A stretch of 64,000 nt of DNA from an uncultured archaeon. GTDB lineage: Archaea > Asgardarchaeota > Lokiarchaeia > Sigyniarchaeales > SOKP01. Positions 1-8,852 of this stretch are shown piece by piece. Numbering within the stretch: the stretch's first letter is position 1; every line of letters begins with the position of its first letter. Under the pieces are notes generated by a model. That model was not told the DNA's origin, made no database searches, and worked only from the letters and a program-made list of their open reading frames with translations. The DNA is taken from assembly GCA_964447495.1 (NCBI GenBank), contig CAYUTF010000004.1, positions 1-64,000 on the forward strand. Reading direction: 5' to 3'. The position numbers were made by a program, and so were the translations under genes.

Positions 1-103
1 TTATAGGGCAGAAGAATATCATCAAAGATATAATGAAAAAAATAAAAAATCAATTAGCCTTTTTTAGTTTTTAAAATAAATATTTCTACTTCTTTTTATT
101 CTT

Positions 104-376
104 TCACTTTAAAGCTTTAATCTTTAATATTAATCTATCTTTATGTCTTTCCCATATTTTATCTACAGCTTTTCTTACAATTTTCTTCGCAGCTTTTCGT
201 ACCACATATCTATTCATTCTTGGACCCAATTTACTAAAAACTTTTTCAGTGATCAGAGTTTTAATTAATTCTTCAAGGGAATCTCCTTTTGAGACTTTGT
301 CGAGGAATAAGGAAATAGCCTTTTCTACTAAATTATCAATTTTTTTCCTTAATTCGGGAGTGACATCTTCAGCCAA
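104..376 (-). CDS. Hypothetical small basic helical protein (90 aa)
   Basis: ORF track. Preceded on the minus strand by a GAGGTG Shine-Dalgarno-like motif. No recognisable motif. Confidence 0.7.
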   Translation of the reverse strand: MAEDVTPELRKKIDNLVEKAISLFLDKVSKGDSLEELIKTLITEKVFSKLGPRMNRYVVRKAAKKIVRKAVDKIWERHKDRLILKIKALK

Positions 377-550
377 TTAATAACACCTCATTTAAGCCAA
401 TAATTTTGTAATACCTAACGTAAATATAGTATCTAAATTAAGGTATAAAACCTTATTTTTTTCAATAACCGATAAAAAGGTAACTTCTGATTTACCGATC
501 ATAACCATTTAATAAATATACTTATTTTATGGAACTCATTAAATGGTTCT

Positions 551-1738
551 ATGTTAAATCATAGATTAATCAAACCTCCCAAAGAACCAAAAGAATTTGT
601 TAATAAAGCTATTGAATTTTTGAGAAAGCACGCAACTAATAAAAAGGTGTTTTGTGCGTTATCTGGAGGAATTGACAGCTCTACTACTTATATATTGTTG
701 AAAAAAGCGAATATCGAAGTTATACCTGTCTTTATTGATCATGGTCTCATGCGTATTATTAAAGGAGTAGAAGAAAGGGAATACATAAAAAAGTTATTCC
801 CTGAAATTGTTGTTATTGATATTCGTGATGAGTTTCTTCCAAAAATATATAGAGAAGAAAATGCTGAAACCAAAAGACAACTTTTTAAGGACGCTTATGC
901 GAACACTATTAGTAAATTTATAAAAGATAATGATTGTGACTTGCTTGCTGATGGAACTATATTACCGGATATAGAAGAGAGTTTTGGAGTAAAAATTTCT
1001 GATTTAAAGGAAACTATGACTTTAGCGGAGGAATTAAATTTGAAAGAAAAAAATATTCATGGTTTCATTAAAAGTCAACACAACTTAGAAATTGAATATG
1101 ATGTGGAAGCAACAATTCAACCCGTTGCAAGTCTTACAAAAGGAGAAATAAGGAAGATTCTCGAGTATTTCAAAATGCCCTCAGAATTAGTATACAGGAA
1201 CGCATTTCCTGGTCCTGCTCTTGCAGCAAGGATTATTGGTCCAGTAGATCCTGAAAATTTAAGTTACGAAAAAAAAGTCCATGATATTGTTGAAACATGC
1301 ATCAATCAATATTATACAGAAAAATTTAGAAAGCCCATGATTATTAATGATCTTGGAGAACAAGAACCGTTTCAAGGCTTTGCTGCAATTGGAGAAGATG
1401 TTTTATTAAAAAAAGTTACCGGGATGGTGGAAGGGAGAAGAACTTATGAAATTCCTTTATGTGTTAAAGGAGAATGGGATTTTAACAAATTAACCACGTT
1501 TGCATCTCATCTAAAAGGATATGCACGATTGTTATATGAACTCCATGAGAGTAATAAAGGAATTTATGATGTAATAGTAAGGTGCGTTAATAGTATTGAT
1601 GCACGAACTGCGAGTGTGACCAATCTACCAATTCATTTGCTCGAGGAAATTAAGTTTCAATTATTAGAGTTAAGTAAAACAAAGAATATCTATTTTGATA
1701 TCACTCCAAAGCCCCCTGGTACCATTGAATATGTCTGA
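551..1738 (+). CDS. guaAB: GMP synthase, ATP pyrophosphatase subunit (archaeal subunit B type)
   Basis: PP-loop ALSGGIDSS, then FIDHGLM, GTILPDIEES, IKSQHN, FPGPALAARI and C-terminal FDITPKPPGTIEYV. No N-terminal glutaminase domain. Confidence 0.88.
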   Translation: MLNHRLIKPPKEPKEFVNKAIEFLRKHATNKKVFCALSGGIDSSTTYILLKKANIEVIPVFIDHGLMRIIKGVEEREYIKKLFPEIVVIDIRDEFLPKIYREENAETKRQLFKDAYANTISKFIKDNDCDLLADGTILPDIEESFGVKISDLKETMTLAEELNLKEKNIHGFIKSQHNLEIEYDVEATIQPVASLTKGEIRKILEYFKMPSELVYRNAFPGPALAARIIGPVDPENLSYEKKVHDIVETCINQYYTEKFRKPMIINDLGEQEPFQGFAAIGEDVLLKKVTGMVEGRRTYEIPLCVKGEWDFNKLTTFASHLKGYARLLYELHESNKGIYDVIVRCVNSIDARTASVTNLPIHLLEEIKFQLLELSKTKNIYFDITPKPPGTIEYV

Positions 1739-2199
1739 ATGAGGTAAAATGAGGATTCTATTTCAAAAAATATGTAATTATATTCCTTTTTTATACTAAG
1801 CATGTATTGTACGATCACTACCGAATGGAGCGCTATTATACTAGATATATGGAATTTAAATTGATATCTGAGAATTTTTTTAGATATTGGGTTAATGTTA
1901 TTGATACAATTAACTCTTACGAGTATAATAAGCCTTTATATTCCATCGAAGTTCAGTTGGAAAACCTAGGCTCTTTTTAATTGTGACAGAGATCGACTAA
2001 AAAAAATTCAGAGAATTATAATTTTTCATCAATTATTACGGCTAAATGATCAATCTTGATAATTTTGTACTTACTTAGTTTATCGATTTCCTACATTCTA
2101 TCTTAAAGGATAAAAACGGAATTCCGTCTTGCGATAACATAAATGTCGAAAATACCCATAATTTAAATAGAATTGCTTTTTATAATTATATAGGAGCTG

Positions 2200-2484
2200 T
2201 TGAATATGGAATTGTCTAATTCAAAATTAGAAATGAAGGAGAAAGCAGAATTAAACCTTGAAAATATTAAACAATCTATTCAAGGTCTCTACCAGATCCT
2301 TGATATCAACCTTTCTGGCGATGATTTTTATTTTAAATTAGCCCAAGAGAATCTCCTCGGATTATATCAAAATATCATTGAGTTAATATTAAATGAACAT
2401 GGATTAACTGATTTAGTGAAAAAAATCAAAAATAGTAAAGTTAACCTTGACATTTCACTTGATGATCTATTAGTTGAAAAATAG
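2200..2484 (+). CDS. Hypothetical protein (about 92-94 aa)
   Basis: ORF track. AGGAG ribosome-binding motif just upstream and protein-like amphipathic composition. Confidence 0.7.
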   Translation: MNMELSNSKLEMKEKAELNLENIKQSIQGLYQILDINLSGDDFYFKLAQENLLGLYQNIIELILNEHGLTDLVKKIKNSKVNLDISLDDLLVEK

Positions 2485-2603
2485 ATTTGTTTCTATGGCA
2501 ATAATACAAAAATTTGATTTTGTTCAATTAATTAATTTTTAGTTTGAAAACTAAAATCCATTCAACATTATATACTCAGAAAAAATTAGAAAAATCTATA
2601 TAA

Positions 2604-2777
2604 TTAATATAAGATTTTTGTTGATGTTTTAAGTTTTTGAAGCATAATTTCGTAGTCTCGACATTGCTTATAATCTGGAAAATTACAGAGACTCTGGACT
2701 TTTGGTAAAGTACAGGAATCTGAAAAGGGACAAGCTAAAAGATTAATGGGAGACTCTTCTTTTAACTCACTAATCAT
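2604..2777 (-). CDS. Small Cys-rich protein (57 aa), not in the ORF track
   Basis: Hand translation gives MISELKEESPINLLACPFSDSCTLPKVQSLCNFPDYKQCRDYEIMLQKLKTSTKILY*, with ATG at 2777-2775 and TAA at 2606-2604. Four Cys. Less AT-rich than its flanks and on the same strand as the upstream gelsolin gene. Confidence 0.65.
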   Translation of the reverse strand: MISELKEESPINLLACPFSDSCTLPKVQSLCNFPDYKQCRDYEIMLQKLKTSTKILY

Positions 2778-2909
2778 ATTTGAAAAAACTCTTTAAAATT
2801 TATAAGTTTCATAACAATTTTTTTATGTACGTAACATTCATAAGACAAATTTAATAAAATAAGGGGGGGTTTAAATTTCCAATTTTTAATAAATAATATT
2901 TAACTTGAT

Positions 2910-3836
2910 CTATGAGCTTTTTTTATTATTAAAGTCTTCGACTAGTTTGACCAAATCTGCTTTTCTATAGCTTGAAAGCACCTTTATATTGTTGTTGGAA
3001 CAAAAGGTTTTTAATTGTTTGACAGTCCATTGTGAATAATTTTCACCACTCACATCTTGCGTTTTTGATTTTGTTGGAGTTATAGATTTTAAAAATTCCA
3101 CAGCCTTTATAATACCTGTTTCCTTGTTAAGGTATACTCGTGTTTTATAGTCATTAAATTCCACCATTTCTTCATTTAAACCCTCTACAGGATTCCAAGA
3201 TTCTTCATTTAAAATTTTGCCAAAGATTTCAGTTTTTCTCTTAATAATGCCATATAGAACGTTATCACCTAAGATGACATGTTGACGTTCAAAACCTAAA
3301 GGAGTTTCAGAATTAAGTATGGTATTTAACAAATCTTTTTGATTTTGAGATAACAATCTTAGTTTATCAAGTTTTTTTATTTTATAAGGTTGTTTAACTC
3401 TTTGTGCTGGTTTTTGAGGCGTTTTTTGTATACTAGGTCTTTTTTCATTATTCGATTCTATAGTTAATTGGCTTTTCTCAGAGAGTTCTTCCACTTCCAT
3501 TGATGAAAAGCCATAGTTTTCTAAAAATTCCTGAGGCTCATCCCCCTGATCCACCGAAACTACTTTACATCTGTGAAAATTTGCTATTTTTATTAACTCA
3601 TTTTGCAATTCAGATGCAACTCGGGAAGCAATAAATTTCTTTCTTACTGAAGATTGCACTCCCTTCCAAATATATATCCTTCTTAATTCTTCATCTACAA
3701 TGAGGACGACTTGGTCAGAGAAGAGGACACTTTTTCCATCATTTTTCAAGAATTCATTTTTAGTAATGTCAATTTGGTCTTTTTCCCCCGAATCATATAA
3801 TGTATAAACCATAAAGTGTTGGTAATCATTCATCAT
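2910..3836 (-). CDS. Gelsolin-domain protein with extra central domain and C-terminal SAP/HeH-like motif
   Basis: Gelsolin-repeat pattern DQVVLIVDEELRRIYIWKGVQSSVRKKFIASRVASEL...VVSVDQGDEPQEFLE. The C-terminal YSQWTVKQLKTFCSNNNIKVLSSYRKADLVKLV resembles SAP/Rho-N helix-extended-helix domains. Confidence 0.75.
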   Translation of the reverse strand: MMNDYQHFMVYTLYDSGEKDQIDITKNEFLKNDGKSVLFSDQVVLIVDEELRRIYIWKGVQSSVRKKFIASRVASELQNELIKIANFHRCKVVSVDQGDEPQEFLENYGFSSMEVEELSEKSQLTIESNNEKRPSIQKTPQKPAQRVKQPYKIKKLDKLRLLSQNQKDLLNTILNSETPLGFERQHVILGDNVLYGIIKRKTEIFGKILNEESWNPVEGLNEEMVEFNDYKTRVYLNKETGIIKAVEFLKSITPTKSKTQDVSGENYSQWTVKQLKTFCSNNNIKVLSSYRKADLVKLVEDFNNKKSS

Positions 3837-4450
3837 TTTCTCAGATGCTAATGCTTATTCTTAATTAATTGGTCATGTTTAATCTATAAAAATTTCTCTA
3901 AAACATTATAACAGTTAACTAATTCTATACATAAAAAATGACCCCTCTTTATGAAATTTATAAATTTTAATTCTGAAAAACCCTAAAAATGACATATAAA
4001 AAATAATACTTCTTTTAAAATTGTTGTTTAAAGAATTTTTTTTAGGATATTTTATTAATATCAAACAAAAAAATTCATTTTTTGATCAGTTCTGATAATT
4101 ATGTAAAATTTAAAAAAAATATAGCTAAAAAAATGATATTTGAAAGGATAAGGTAGAATGGGCTTCTTTTCTCGTTTTATAGAGATTTTTTACATTTTTG
4201 ACTCTGAAATTATAGAACTTTTTAGTTTTTCAATCAAATAACATCAATATTTTTCGTTTTTTGATCAATCGATCTTTGGAGAAGTAGTAAAATTTGCATT
4301 TTAGTATTATCCGATCACCTCTTTGTGTTTTTTTTATGATTATGATTATTAAATTATTATTTTGTATTGGATCATGACATTATTGATCTTTTGGTAAATG
4401 CTTTTGTTTCTTTTGGCGATATTCGATAATATTTTTGTTTGAGAGTACGA

Positions 4451-4467
4451 AAAAAGATCATCTTTTT
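4451..4467. promoter_or_regulatory. Perfect inverted repeat AAAAAGAT-C-ATCTTTTT, candidate operator upstream of the hdr operon
   Basis: 8-bp arms with a 1-bp spacer, about 90 bp upstream of ORF 4559, within a GATC-rich intergenic region. Confidence 0.35.
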
Positions 4468-4558
4468 ATATGAAATTATCTAATATTATCACTATCTAAA
4501 AAATAATTTATGAAAAAAAATTCGCAATTAAATTTACTATAGGAAGTGAGATGAAAAA

Positions 4559-4822
4559 ATGTGTAATAACTGTAATTGTGATAATTATGACCAGTGTTCA
4601 ATTGTGGGATATATGCCGAACGGGTTTTGCTGTACAAAATGTTATCTATATGATGAACAGCATACCTGTCTAATGACACAAACAAGGCCAATTGAGAAAG
4701 AAGGAGCCTTTAAGCCAATTAGTACTAAAATTGAAGGTGGCGTGTTAAAGGTTGTTATTGGTCAGAGGGGGAAGAAAATTCCTATTATAATCGACTTTCA
4801 AAAGCAATTGGAATCGAAATAG
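4559..4822 (+). CDS. Small protein with Cys-rich N-terminal metal-binding domain
   Basis: CNNCNC...C...CCTKC...C gives 8 Cys in the first 40 aa. Purine-rich RBS-like AGGAAGTGAG upstream. Confidence 0.65.
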   Translation: MCNNCNCDNYDQCSIVGYMPNGFCCTKCYLYDEQHTCLMTQTRPIEKEGAFKPISTKIEGGVLKVVIGQRGKKIPIIIDFQKQLESK

Positions 4823-4954
4823 AGACATAATTATCAATTCTATAATAGAGAGAAAATGGTAATTTTTTAATAGTATATAGTTTATTATGTAATAACATTT
4901 CAATTTCGTTTCCTATTGTAAGAAAGGATAATAGATATAATAGGTTGAAAAAAT

Positions 4955-5455
4955 ATGAGTGTCGTAAATTTCGAATTTAGAAATGAGGTGCTAAAGCATA
5001 ATGCCTCTTTGAGTTATTGTTATCAATGTTCTACTTGTTCGGGTGGATGTCCTGTAGCATTAATCACAGAAGGTAAATATAATCCCAGAAAAATCATCGA
5101 AGAGGCAATTTTAGGGTTTCAAAAGAGATTAGTTGAGGATCAAGATCCAAATGTATGGTTGTGCTCAACTTGTCAAACCTGTGTTGAGTTATGTCCCCAA
5201 AATGTCGAACTGACGGAAATTTTTGCTTTAATAAAAAACCTATGCTTTGAAATAGGAAAATACCCGGAAGGATTTTTTGCTCAGGGTCAAGCAATAATTG
5301 ATAATGGAATAGCGATTCCCTATTCTAATGCAATACTTACTAGGAGAAAAAAATTAGGGTTGCCTGATGTAAAAACAGCTCCGGTTGATGAGATTAAAAA
5401 ACTTTTAAAAGCAACGCAATTCGAAGAGAATATCAAAAAGAGGGTGGGGGAATAA
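4955..5455 (+). CDS. hdrC: Heterodisulfide reductase subunit C (2x[4Fe-4S])
   Basis: CYQCSTCSGGCP and WLCSTCQTCVELCPQNV motifs; directly upstream of hdrB. Confidence 0.9.
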   Translation: MSVVNFEFRNEVLKHNASLSYCYQCSTCSGGCPVALITEGKYNPRKIIEEAILGFQKRLVEDQDPNVWLCSTCQTCVELCPQNVELTEIFALIKNLCFEIGKYPEGFFAQGQAIIDNGIAIPYSNAILTRRKKLGLPDVKTAPVDEIKKLLKATQFEENIKKRVGE

Positions 5456-5458
5456 AAT

Positions 5459-6337
5459 ATGGGATATGACTTATTTTTAGGATGTGTAATTCCTGCTCGA
5501 TTACCGTTTTTAGAAGCTTCTTCAAGGAAGGTTTTCGAAAAACTTGGAATAGAATTAAAAGATGTTGATGGTTTTAGCTGTTGCCCTGATCCAACAGGTA
5601 TAGAGCAAATAGATCACAATACATGGTTAACATTGGGAGCAAGAAACTTAAGTTTGTCAACCAATAGTAATGGGGGGATTATCTCGTTTTGTTCAGGCTG
5701 TGTAGAAACTCTCAAGGGAGTAAATCATTTCATTAATAAAGATAAAAAAACTAAAGATGAAGTAAATAAAAATTTGAAGAAGATAGGAAAATCGTATAAT
5801 GGAAAAACCAACGTTAAACATTTCGCTCAAGTGCTTTATGAGAATATAGATAAAGTAAGAGAGAATATTGTTAATCCATTGGATGGATTTAAAGTTGCGG
5901 TGCATTATGGGTGCCACTACCTAAGACCTTCAGAATATATTCAATGGGATGATCCATTCGAACCTGTTACTATTGACGAGATTGTAAGTGTTTTAGGAGC
6001 AGAATCTATAGATTATGATTTAAAGTTAGAATGTTGTGGAAATCCAATTGAAAAATCTGATAAGGATTTATCGCTGCTAATGATTAAAAATAAATTGCAG
6101 TCAATTCAAGATTCTGGTGCAAATTGTATTGCTTTGGTATGTCCAGCATGTTATCAGCAATTCGATTTTAAGCAAAAAGAAGCCAGTAAAGGGGGAAATG
6201 CAGATTTCAATTTTCCTGTTTTTTATTTATCGGAATTAGTTGCTTTAGCATTTGGTTTTCAAGGAGAAGAATTAGGGCTCAATTTTCATAGAATTAAGCC
6301 AAAGGCACTTTTTGAGACCGTTCATTTTACAAAATGA
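5459..6337 (+). CDS. hdrB: Heterodisulfide reductase subunit B (CCG domains)
   Basis: FLGCVIP, FSCCPDP, FCSGC, VAVHYGCHYLRP, CCGNP and VCPACYQQFD motifs. Confidence 0.92.
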   Translation: MGYDLFLGCVIPARLPFLEASSRKVFEKLGIELKDVDGFSCCPDPTGIEQIDHNTWLTLGARNLSLSTNSNGGIISFCSGCVETLKGVNHFINKDKKTKDEVNKNLKKIGKSYNGKTNVKHFAQVLYENIDKVRENIVNPLDGFKVAVHYGCHYLRPSEYIQWDDPFEPVTIDEIVSVLGAESIDYDLKLECCGNPIEKSDKDLSLLMIKNKLQSIQDSGANCIALVCPACYQQFDFKQKEASKGGNADFNFPVFYLSELVALAFGFQGEELGLNFHRIKPKALFETVHFTK

Positions 6338-6424
6338 AAAATCTGTAAAAGGGGATATTATGTTTGGTAAAGGAGGCTCTTTAAGTGCTTATAAAATATT
6401 TATTTAAACGAGGTTTAAAAAGCA

Positions 6425-7522
6425 ATGGAAGAAATAGAAGAGGTAAAAACATTTAAGAATCTCGAGGATGAGATTGTTTCAAAAAATAAATGTTGCGCCT
6501 GTGGCGCCTGTGTTGCATATTGTGAGAGTCAGAGTTTTGATGTAATCGAAATGGATGGTTATACTCCGAAATTCAAATCAAACAAGACAGCGGAAAATTG
6601 TAAAGAGTGTGGATTCTGTTTCTATATATGTCCCCAAACTGATTCATTGATCGATAAAATTAATGGTGTGCATCTCGTGGAAGATGAGCTTGGTCATATT
6701 AGTGATTTAATAGCTGCAAAAACTAATAATCAAAAACTTAAAGAAATAGGTCAAGATGGAGGCATTGTGTCTACAATGTTGATCTATCTATTTGAAAAAG
6801 ATATGATAGACGCTGCAATCGTATCCGAATATGATGATAATTTCAAACCTAAACCAAAGTTAATTTACAGTATAGATGATGTAATGAAGTCTGCCGGAAC
6901 AAGATATTCAGTATCTTCGAATATTTTGCCATTAAAGGATTTTTACGATATTGCTGAAGAAATAATACAAAAACATAAAAATCTTTATGAGATTGATCAA
7001 TTGCGAGTTGTGTTTATTGGTACACCTTGTCAATGTAAAGCTATTAGCAAAATGAGGTTAATGGGGGTAAAACCCTCTCATGTTATAGATCTGGTTGTTA
7101 ATCTTTTTTGTTTTGAAAATTTTGATTATGATAAATTAATGAATATTTTATATGAAAAAATTAAAATTTCACCTTCAGATATAAAAAAAATTCAGATTAA
7201 GAAGAATATGTTTGTCACTTCTAAAGAAGGAAAAGAAACTGAAATTGATATAAAAGAGTTCAATGGAGCTGTTCGCGATCATTGCTTAGAATGTGACGAA
7301 TTTGTTGGTAAATACTCTGATTTAAGTATAGGAGCTAGTGGTGCTCCCAAAGGGCATTCAATGGTTATAATTAGAACCGAGAAAGGTCAAAACCTAATGC
7401 ACTCATTAATTGCTGAGGGGTTCATAGAGAAATATAGGATACCTCCTGATCAAATTAATGAGTGGAAACCTAGAAAAGTAAACTGGTTTAGAAAGATGAC
7501 TTCTTTAAAAGTAAATAGGTAA
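6425..7522 (+). CDS. Coenzyme F420 hydrogenase/dehydrogenase beta-subunit family protein (FrhB/FpoF-like) with N-terminal ferredoxin
   Basis: CCACGACVAYC and CKECGFCFYICP, then GQDGGIVS, SAGTRY, GTPCQ, LFCFENF, CLEC and DLSIG motifs. Confidence 0.85.
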   Translation: MEEIEEVKTFKNLEDEIVSKNKCCACGACVAYCESQSFDVIEMDGYTPKFKSNKTAENCKECGFCFYICPQTDSLIDKINGVHLVEDELGHISDLIAAKTNNQKLKEIGQDGGIVSTMLIYLFEKDMIDAAIVSEYDDNFKPKPKLIYSIDDVMKSAGTRYSVSSNILPLKDFYDIAEEIIQKHKNLYEIDQLRVVFIGTPCQCKAISKMRLMGVKPSHVIDLVVNLFCFENFDYDKLMNILYEKIKISPSDIKKIQIKKNMFVTSKEGKETEIDIKEFNGAVRDHCLECDEFVGKYSDLSIGASGAPKGHSMVIIRTEKGQNLMHSLIAEGFIEKYRIPPDQINEWKPRKVNWFRKMTSLKVNR

Positions 7523-7529
7523 AGAATAA

Positions 7530-8852
7530 ATGGTGGATAAAATGGATAAAACTCAAAAAAATGTTTTAATTGTAGGAGGAGGGATAGCAGGAATTCAAGC
7601 TTCATTAGATTTAGCAGATATGGGAATTAATGTATATTTAATTGAGAAAAAGCCTTGTATTGGGGGCAAAATGGCTCAATTAGATAAAACATTTCCAACT
7701 CTTGATTGTTCTATATGCATTTTGGCACCGAAGTTATCTGAATGCTATCGTCATAAGAATATTACTATTCATACCCTTTCCGAAGTAAAAGAAGTTAAAG
7801 GAGATAATGCTAATTTTACGGTTGAAATTTTGAAGCATGCTCGATATATAAAAGAGGATGTTTGCACAGGATGTGGAGATTGCTCCAGGGTATGCCCTGT
7901 TAGAGGAGTACAAAATTATTTTGATGCAAATTTAACAACTCAAGCAGCTGCGTATATACCTTTTCCATCAGCTGTACCTCCTGTCTATCTTATAGATAAA
8001 GAGAAATGTGCTTATTTAAATTATGGAATTTGTGAACTATGTGTTAAAGTTTGTGGAGCAGAAGCTATAGATTTTAACCAAAAGGATGCAGTACTGTCGT
8101 TAAATAATATTAATTCAATAATTCTTGCTACTGGGTATGATTTAGCAGAATTTAAAAATCCATTAAAAAAGTATGGTTATAAGAAACATAAAAATGTAAT
8201 TACCGCATTAGAATTTGAAAGGTTAATTTGTGCTTCAGGTCCACTTGGAGGTCATTTGAAACGACTATCAGATGGAAAAGAACCAAAGAAAATTGCGTTT
8301 TTACAGTGCGTAGATTCTAGATCAGATAAGGGTCAAAAATATTGTTCATCAATCTGTTGTATGTATTCTACAAAAGAAGCAATTATTGCTAATGAGCATG
8401 ATGATGAATTAGAATCGTATATATTTTATATTGATATACGCGCAGGGAATAAAGGCTTTCAAAAGTTCATTAATAGGGGAGAAAAGGAATATAATATTAA
8501 ATATATTAAAAGTAAAATTGCTCAAGTTGAGGTTGATGACCAACAAAATCCCATAATTATTTATGAGGATTATGTTAGTTCAAAAATTTCTAAATTAAAA
8601 GTAGATTTGGTTGTTTTAGCTACTTGTATTATTCCTCCTGAAGGAATTGAAGATGTAGCACAAATTTTTCAGATTGAATTAAATGAGTACAGATTTATCA
8701 AAACGGATCCATTTTATCCAATGTTGACAACTCGAGAGGGAATATATACATGCGGATGTGTTCATGAACCAATGGATATTCCTCGCTCAGTTGCAGAAGC
8801 AAGTGGAGCTGCAGCTAAAGCTGCTGAAAATCTAAAAGAGGTGGAAATTTAA
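7530..8852 (+). CDS. hdrA: Heterodisulfide reductase subunit A-like (N-terminal half of a split large HdrA)
   Basis: VGGGIAG FAD motif, AQLDKTFPTLDCSICIL, inserted ferredoxin, QCVDSR and YCSSICCMY. TAATG overlap with the next gene. Confidence 0.88.
   Translation: MVDKMDKTQKNVLIVGGGIAGIQASLDLADMGINVYLIEKKPCIGGKMAQLDKTFPTLDCSICILAPKLSECYRHKNITIHTLSEVKEVKGDNANFTVEILKHARYIKEDVCTGCGDCSRVCPVRGVQNYFDANLTTQAAAYIPFPSAVPPVYLIDKEKCAYLNYGICELCVKVCGAEAIDFNQKDAVLSLNNINSIILATGYDLAEFKNPLKKYGYKKHKNVITALEFERLICASGPLGGHLKRLSDGKEPKKIAFLQCVDSRSDKGQKYCSSICCMYSTKEAIIANEHDDELESYIFYIDIRAGNKGFQKFINRGEKEYNIKYIKSKIAQVEVDDQQNPIIIYEDYVSSKISKLKVDLVVLATCIIPPEGIEDVAQIFQIELNEYRFIKTDPFYPMLTTREGIYTCGCVHEPMDIPRSVAEASGAAAKAAENLKEVEI

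Noticed and set aside
1749-1799. 16-codon ORF (MRILFQKICNYIPFLY) after a GAGGT motif just downstream of the GMP synthase gene
   Set aside because: Too short to support and has no motif; could be chance.
4476-4691. 71-aa minus-strand ORF overlapping 4559..4822
   Set aside because: Composition is aromatic/Asn-rich like translated AT-rich DNA. The plus-strand Cys-rich ORF has an RBS-like motif and the operon's orientation.
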